Positions 63,842 through 64,000 of a DNA stretch of 64,000 bases are shown here, piece after piece. The translations under genes were made by a program, and so were the position numbers. The DNA is from Gemmatimonadales bacterium. Lineage in GTDB: Bacteria > Gemmatimonadota > Gemmatimonadetes > Gemmatimonadales > GWC2-71-9. The DNA lies in assembly GCA_035491815.1 (NCBI GenBank), contig DATJKA010000035.1, forward strand, positions 84,718 to 148,717, given 5' to 3'. The notes under the pieces are model-generated. The model was not told the DNA's origin. It saw only the letters and a list, made by a program, of their open reading frames with translations, and ran no database searches. Each line of letters opens with the position of its first letter. Position 1 is the stretch's first letter.

Positions 63842-64000
63842 GCTGGAGCTGAAGGCGCGCGTGGACGATCCCGCGGCACTGGCGCGGGCAATCGCCGCCG
63901 CCGGTGCTGAGCTCGTCTTTCGCGGCGAAATGATCGACCGCCGCTACGATCGCAAAGGCAAACTCGACAAGCGCGACGAGGTGCTGCGCCTCCGCGTGTT
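63834..64000 (+). CDS. CYTH-domain protein (CyaB/ThTPase-like), 5' part only
   Basis: My own translation from TTG 63834 gives MPELELKARVDDPAALARAIAAAGAELVFRGEMIDRRYD. The N-terminal ExExK motif is the CYTH signature. It overlaps the HAD stop by 8 nt and runs off the window. Confidence 0.65.
   Translation, partial: MPELELKARVDDPAALARAIAAAGAELVFRGEMIDRRYDRKGKLDKRDEVLRLRV

Noticed and set aside
1-64000. Search for CRISPR arrays, tRNA/rRNA genes, transposases, integrases, reverse transcriptases, toxin-antitoxin pairs and known defence genes.
   Set aside because: By eye I found no regularly spaced 25-40 nt repeats, no cloverleaf-like or rRNA-like segments in the few intergenic gaps, and no ORF with the corresponding motifs. 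The only repeats are the short ones listed as features. A proper tRNAscan, Infernal, CRISPR-finder or DefenseFinder run would be needed to be certain.

Overview
This is a GC-rich (by eye about two-thirds G+C, not computed), very gene-dense bacterial chromosomal segment. I support about 57 protein-coding genes. I recognised no rRNA, tRNA, CRISPR array, transposase, integrase, phage gene or known defence gene. Because of the GC content, many long Arg/Ala/Pro-rich shadow ORFs in the six-frame track were discarded.

Gene content is mainly housekeeping:
- Peptidases: M28, an M16 pair, PBP4, DmpA and NlpC/P60.
- DNA repair: an Fpg/Nei glycosylase.
- One-carbon metabolism: a YitJ-like bifunctional Hcy-methyltransferase/MTHFR.
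- Respiration: an ECF sigma/anti-sigma pair followed by cytochrome bd oxidase genes (cydAB).
- Central carbon metabolism: a Kgd/OdhA-type fused 2-oxoglutarate dehydrogenase and PEP carboxylase.
- Nitrogen: glnK-amt.
- A glcDEF-led 7-gene operon.
- Also aroB, a PduO-type adenosyltransferase, ferredoxin-NADP reductase, TamA/TamB, a lipid kinase and two response regulators.

The sigma factor at 42456-43349 is of the short Bacteroidetes sigma-A type. Together with the GC content and the many lipoprotein signals, this suggests an FCB-group, Gemmatimonadetes-like organism (inference only).

Most interesting observations:
1. A mirror-symmetric module at 58.7-61.2 kb. Two kinase-less response regulators are each overlapped tail-to-tail with a Cys-rich mini-protein gene.
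2. A cluster of DnaA-box-like 9-mers, including a perfect 21-nt palindrome, in the largest and most AT-rich intergenic region, upstream of the sigma-A-type gene.
3. A ChlI-like AAA+ / VWA pair split by SPFH, cytidylate-kinase-like and MFS genes.
4. A Kgd/OdhA-type E2-E1 fusion whose E2 domain is bracketed by a duplicated linker.
5. A 7-gene operon joined by six consecutive 4-nt start/stop overlaps.
6. Several genes whose conserved N-termini lack a canonical start codon, or that look leaderless.

I cannot show that any of these is a truly undescribed system. All functional calls rest on motif recognition by eye, not on database searches.
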